64,000 bases of DNA, from assembly GCA_016219015.1 (NCBI GenBank), contig JACRCL010000032.1, forward strand, positions 26,588 to 90,587, written 5' to 3'. The DNA is from Deltaproteobacteria bacterium (GTDB lineage: Bacteria > Desulfobacterota > GWC2-55-46). The position numbers and the translations under genes were made by a program. The notes under the pieces were generated by a model. The model was not told the DNA's origin and did no database searches. It saw only the letters and a program-made list of their open reading frames with translations. Numbering within the stretch: position 1 is the first letter of the stretch; the number at the start of each line of letters is the position of its first letter. Shown one piece after another: positions 59,582-64,000 of this stretch.

Positions 59582-62056
59582 ATGGCGTTAAAAGAAAAGA
59601 TACTCGACAGGGCTCAGAAGTACATACAGAAGGGCAACTTCGACAAGGCCATAGCGGAGTACAGGGCCGCCGCCGATATCGACCCGAGGGATATCTCCAT
59701 CAGGCTCAGGATCGGCGACCTCTTTGTAAAGACCGGCAGGAAGGCCGAGGCCGTGAAGGAGTATACCGAGGTCGCCAAGGCGAACACCCAGAGGGGCTTC
59801 TATCTGAAGTCCATAGCTGTCTACAAGCAGGTCCTGAAGCTCGATGAATCCCTTGAGATACACCACCGGCTCGCGGAGCTTTACGTAAAACAGAGGCTCA
59901 TAGCCGACGCGATAAGCGAATACAATTACATAATGAGCTTCTTTGAGAAAAGGGGCAAGACCGCCGAGGTGATTGACCTCCTGAAGAAGATGGCGGAGAT
60001 CGACCCCGAGAACATCGGGGTCAGGCTCAAGCTCGCCGACCTCTACATGAAGCTATCGTTCGACAAGGACGCCTTCTCGGAATACTCGTGGGTGCTCGAC
60101 AGGCTCGTATCCCAGGATAAGTTCGAGAAGGCGGAGAAGATATACCAGACCCTCCACTCCTCGAAGCCCGGAGAAGCCTGGGTGCTCAAAGGCCTCGCCG
60201 GGCTTTACATGAAAAAAGGCGATGCCTCCCATGCCGTCAAATACTTAAAGCCGCTTTTAAAGGCGCACGAGGAAGCCGGGGACGATGAGGCAGCAAAAGC
60301 CGTATGCGAATCGATACTCCAGCTCGACCCGCGCGACAGGGACGGCCTCGATTTCCTTGACTCCATAAGGCAGCAGGAGTCCCCGGCTGAATGGACGCCG
60401 TCAGGGGAAAAACCCTTATTGGACTTCCCTGAGCTGCCAAAGGCCGCCGGGGAAAAGGAGGCCGGGCCCGAAGAGGAGGCGGCCGGGGAGGAAGAGCCGA
60501 AAGCGGCGCCCGCCCCTGCCAATGACGAGATAGAGATAACCCTTGAGGGCTTTGAGGAAGAGCCGGAGGAGGCCGTAGAAAAAACGCCTAAGGCTGAGGC
60601 CCCTGAAGAGGTCGAAATAGAGATAGAGGAGGAAAGGGCTGCGGCCCATGAAACACAGCCTGCCCCGGAAATACAGGCCTCGGAAGAGGCCGTAAAGGAA
60701 AATGTAAAAGACCTTCAAGCTGAGACCGGGGCCGGGGCGCAAGAAGAAAGGCCCTTTGAGATAGAGATAGAGCCTGAAGTCCCCGTGGAGGCCCCGCTGG
60801 AAACCCTGCCGGTGGTACCGGAAGAGGAGATAAAGGAGGCCATAGAAAGGCTTGAAGCTCAGCAGGAGGCGGAGGCTCAACAGAGGGCTGAAGAGCCGGG
60901 TGGAGTGGAACAGGAGATCAGGGAGGAAGTGCCTGATGCTGTAAATGAAGAGCCGGTTGTAAGTGAAGAGCCCGCGGAAGTAGAGATAGTTGTAAAGGAA
61001 GAAGTAAAAGAAGAGGTAAAAGAAGAGCCTCTGATACCCGCGCCAGAGGAGTTGGTGGAGCTTGAAAGGGAAGAGCAAAAGGCAGAGGACGTAGTATTGA
61101 ATGCGGCCTCTATCCCGGACATGGAGGAAAAAGAGACAGGGGAGCCTGAAACGGGGCTCGCCTCGGATGCCGCCGCGCGGGAAGAGGATAAGGCTGATGT
61201 CATGGAAGAAGAGCCTCTTATCGATGAGCCTTTGATCGAGGAGCTGCCTTCATCCATCGAACCTGAAGAGGTTGTCAGAGAAGAGGTTGCTAAAGAAGAA
61301 GTTATAATGGAAGATGCGACGGAGGCCGAGGCCCCTGACGCGACGACAGAGACCCCTGCCCAGGCCTCTCCCGTGGATAAGGCGGAGGAGCAGGAGGAGA
61401 TATCAAGCGCGATATCGGAGCTTATGGAGAAGATCGAGCCTGATGACGCGCTCCTGGGCCCCGATAAGATAGAGGAGCCGGCCGCTCCGGCGGAGACAGG
61501 GGAAGATGAGTACGTAGACCTCTCGGCCGAGCTCGGGATGAAAGAGGCGCTCGACGACAAGGCGGGCTCGTCGTGGGCCGGCGCTGACTCGAGGGACGCC
61601 TTTGACGAGTTCAAAAGCGGGATAGTAAAGCAGCTCAGCAGAGAGGACTCGGAGACGCACTATAACCTCGCCATAGCCTACATGGAGATGGAGATGTTTA
61701 ACGAGGCATCCAAGGAGTTCAAGATAGCCTTGAAGGACCCGCGCCTCGAGTTCGAATGCTACATAAGGCTCGGCCTTTGCGCCATGTCCACGTCAAGCCC
61801 CGAGGAGGCGATAGTCTATTACCTGAAGGGCCTCAAGGTCGAGGACAGGTCGGAGGACGAGAGAAAAGGCATAATGTACGAGCTGGCGCTGGCGTACGAG
61901 GCCGCGGGCGAGCGCGACGAGTCGACGCAGCTCTTTAAATCGATATATGAAATTGACCCGGAGTTCAGGGATGTCGCCAGGAAGGCGCGGGCTGCCGTGC
62001 CCGTGGCCCCTCGTATCCCGCTCGACGACGGGCTTATAGAGGTCGAGCTGCTGTGA
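59582..62056 (+). CDS. Large TPR protein with long acidic linker (SgmX/FimV-C-like)
   Basis: N-terminal TPR array, Glu/Pro/Ala-rich centre, C-terminal TPRs (THYNLAIAYMEM...FRDV). Confidence 0.8.
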   Translation: MALKEKILDRAQKYIQKGNFDKAIAEYRAAADIDPRDISIRLRIGDLFVKTGRKAEAVKEYTEVAKANTQRGFYLKSIAVYKQVLKLDESLEIHHRLAELYVKQRLIADAISEYNYIMSFFEKRGKTAEVIDLLKKMAEIDPENIGVRLKLADLYMKLSFDKDAFSEYSWVLDRLVSQDKFEKAEKIYQTLHSSKPGEAWVLKGLAGLYMKKGDASHAVKYLKPLLKAHEEAGDDEAAKAVCESILQLDPRDRDGLDFLDSIRQQESPAEWTPSGEKPLLDFPELPKAAGEKEAGPEEEAAGEEEPKAAPAPANDEIEITLEGFEEEPEEAVEKTPKAEAPEEVEIEIEEERAAAHETQPAPEIQASEEAVKENVKDLQAETGAGAQEERPFEIEIEPEVPVEAPLETLPVVPEEEIKEAIERLEAQQEAEAQQRAEEPGGVEQEIREEVPDAVNEEPVVSEEPAEVEIVVKEEVKEEVKEEPLIPAPEELVELEREEQKAEDVVLNAASIPDMEEKETGEPETGLASDAAAREEDKADVMEEEPLIDEPLIEELPSSIEPEEVVREEVAKEEVIMEDATEAEAPDATTETPAQASPVDKAEEQEEISSAISELMEKIEPDDALLGPDKIEEPAAPAETGEDEYVDLSAELGMKEALDDKAGSSWAGADSRDAFDEFKSGIVKQLSREDSETHYNLAIAYMEMEMFNEASKEFKIALKDPRLEFECYIRLGLCAMSTSSPEEAIVYYLKGLKVEDRSEDERKGIMYELALAYEAAGERDESTQLFKSIYEIDPEFRDVARKARAAVPVAPRIPLDDGLIEVELL

Positions 62057-63564
62057 GCAGGGTGAAAGAGAAAGAACGCGCCAAAGCGGGCCGGTCCAGA
62101 CCGGCCCGTTCTTATTTCAGGGAGCTGAAAAAGGCCGCCGCCCTCAGGAAAGACCCCGTCCTTAAAACAGTCCATGGACTCGCGGTTGCCGGAGGCGTTG
62201 AGGTCTATCTCGTGGGCGGCCTCATAAGGAACCTGCTCCTTTCAGCGGAGATCATCCCTGATTACGACTTCGCGATAGAAGGCGACGCGGGGGTTTTCTC
62301 TAAAAAGACCGCCGCCCTCCTGAAGGGCACGGCCTTTATCCTCGACAGGAAGACCCCGTCTTACAGGGTGGTTGCCGGGAGGGGCGCCCGAAAATTGACA
62401 GTCGACCTCTCTCCTGTAAAGAAGGGCGGCATAGTCCCCGACCTAAGGAAAAGGGACTTCACCGTGAACGCCGCCGCCATAGGCATGCGGGCGCTCTTCG
62501 AGGGCGAAAGGCCGCTCCTTGACCCTTTGGGGAGCGTAGCCGACGCCGGGAGAAAGACATTGAGGGCCGCGTCGGCAACGGCGCTTAAGGACGACCCGCT
62601 GCGGTGCCTGAGGGCCGTGAGGCTCTCACAGCAGTACGGCCTCAAGATAGACCCCGCCACGATAGAGTCGATAAAAGCAAGTGCAAGACTCCTTAAAAGG
62701 ACTTCGGCGGAGAGGATAAGGGACGAGCTCGTGATCGTCTTCGCCAACCGCGGGACCGCGAAAAGCGTAAGTCTCCTCTACGAACTGGGCATCATGAAGG
62801 CGATACTGCCGGGGATAGCGGGGTGGGGTGACGTGGAAGGTTACGATCTTTTGACGCATTCGTTAAAGACACTCGCCGAGGCCGAGAAGATACTTTCAAG
62901 TCTGTCATCAAGGACATTCCCGAAATTCCACAAAGAGCTGCGGGCGCGCTTCGATGGTCCGGCAGGCCCCTTCAGCAGGGGCGCTTTTCTCAAGCTCTGC
63001 GCCTTCTTCCACGACACAGGGAAGCCCCATACCATAAGCAGGGAAGACGGCAGGCTCCGGTTCATCGGCCATGACTTCGAAGGGTCCCGCGCGGCAAAGG
63101 AATTATTGATGAGACTCAAGTTCAGCCGCGCGCTCATAAATGAAGCCGCGAACCTCATCAGGAACCACCACCGCGTCTTCATGCTCGCGGGGCTGGAAGA
63201 CAGGACCCCTCGCGCGAAGGCTCACCTTATAAGGGCTTCGGGCGATGAGGCCGCCATAGACCTCCTGCTCCTTTCGCTCGCCGATGCAAGGGCGACAAGG
63301 GGAGGGGAGGATAAGGATTTATTCAAGCTCGTAAAAGAGATGCTCGATTTTTATTACAATGTCTACAAAAAGAAAAGACCCAGGCCGCTCCTTAACGGAA
63401 ACGAGATAATGAAGGTGTTCTCGGTGCCACAGGGAAAGCTCGTGGGAGAGATAATGAGAAAGGTCAACGAAGGCGTCGAGGCCGGCGTCATTCAAAACAA
63501 GAGACAGGCCCTTCAATACGTAAGAGATTGGCTTCAAGAGAAAATGCCTGAAAACAAATCTTAA
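62053..63564 (+). CDS. tRNA nucleotidyltransferase / poly(A) polymerase family with HD-like region
   Basis: YLVGGLIRN, DYD, DLRKRDFTVNA, DDPLRCLRAVR, HDTGK, RFIGH. Confidence 0.88.
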   Translation: MSRVKEKERAKAGRSRPARSYFRELKKAAALRKDPVLKTVHGLAVAGGVEVYLVGGLIRNLLLSAEIIPDYDFAIEGDAGVFSKKTAALLKGTAFILDRKTPSYRVVAGRGARKLTVDLSPVKKGGIVPDLRKRDFTVNAAAIGMRALFEGERPLLDPLGSVADAGRKTLRAASATALKDDPLRCLRAVRLSQQYGLKIDPATIESIKASARLLKRTSAERIRDELVIVFANRGTAKSVSLLYELGIMKAILPGIAGWGDVEGYDLLTHSLKTLAEAEKILSSLSSRTFPKFHKELRARFDGPAGPFSRGAFLKLCAFFHDTGKPHTISREDGRLRFIGHDFEGSRAAKELLMRLKFSRALINEAANLIRNHHRVFMLAGLEDRTPRAKAHLIRASGDEAAIDLLLLSLADARATRGGEDKDLFKLVKEMLDFYYNVYKKKRPRPLLNGNEIMKVFSVPQGKLVGEIMRKVNEGVEAGVIQNKRQALQYVRDWLQEKMPENKS

Positions 63565-63827
63565 GTATGATATATTCCAAATTGTAAGACCTCAGAGCAC
63601 CCTCCTAAGGAACCCTTCAGCAGTTCAGGTCCGAATCCAAGGCAAAAGCTATATTTAAATTTTTTTGTTTATTTCAGATAAAATTTAAAACTTTCACTTG
63701 ACAGTGTATAAATATTCTGTTAATAATATATTTAAAGTAAACAAATCATGAAAATATACTGCAAGCGGATCCCCATAGTTATTCCGCAAGGCGCTACGAA
63801 AATACCAGTAGCCAGGGAGCGGTCGAG

Positions 63828-64000
63828 ATGGCTTGCATTCTCAGAAAATTCGACACAAAGGCGGATGACATGAGAAGACCAGTGATACTCATAGTCGACG
63901 ACGAAGAGATGGTCCGGAAGACCCTTGAAATACTCCTCAAGGACTACTACGAAATAGTGACCGCGAAGAACGCTTACGAGGCTATAGAGGCCGTCAGGGC
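63828..64000 (+). CDS. Response regulator receiver protein (3' truncated; start at 63828 or 63870)
   Basis: My translation: ...MRRPVILIVDDEEMVRKTLEILLKDYYEIVTAKNAYEAIEAVR. Confidence 0.8.
   Translation, partial: MACILRKFDTKADDMRRPVILIVDDEEMVRKTLEILLKDYYEIVTAKNAYEAIEAVR

Noticed and set aside
60370..61500. Purine-rich, compositionally shifted stretch as a foreign insertion
   Set aside because: It is in frame and explained by the Glu/Pro/Ala low-complexity linker of the TPR protein
63760..63815. Two small hairpins upstream of the final response regulator as a riboswitch
   Set aside because: Only 5-bp stems and no recognisable aptamer consensus

Overview
Core-chromosome segment of a moderately GC-rich bacterium. 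The gene order (secA-argJ-pilD-two-component system-minor pilins-pilMNOPQ-aroCKB-roadblock-accBC) resembles Geobacter/Myxococcus, so a Desulfobacterota/'Deltaproteobacteria'-like host is inferred. All ~55 credible genes are on the + strand. They cover housekeeping (radA, pfkA, lepAB, xerC, hslVU, argBDFG/argJ, dapL, folK, nadK, recN, secA, aro, acc) and a type IVa pilus locus. I found no rRNA, tRNA, CRISPR or transposase. Two things stand out. (1) The minor-pilin cluster sits behind a perfect sigma54 promoter and has no pilY1. Its PilW-position pilin is a 1465-aa protein with about six Cys-rich fibronectin-III-like modules, a candidate pilin-anchored tip adhesin. MglC-like and SgmX-like genes lie downstream. 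(2) The intergenic DNA holds several families of miniature inverted-repeat elements. They have YTAR target duplications, often land on stop codons, share cores between different shells, nest in each other, bracket accC in inverted orientation, and in one case appear translated in frame within a protein.
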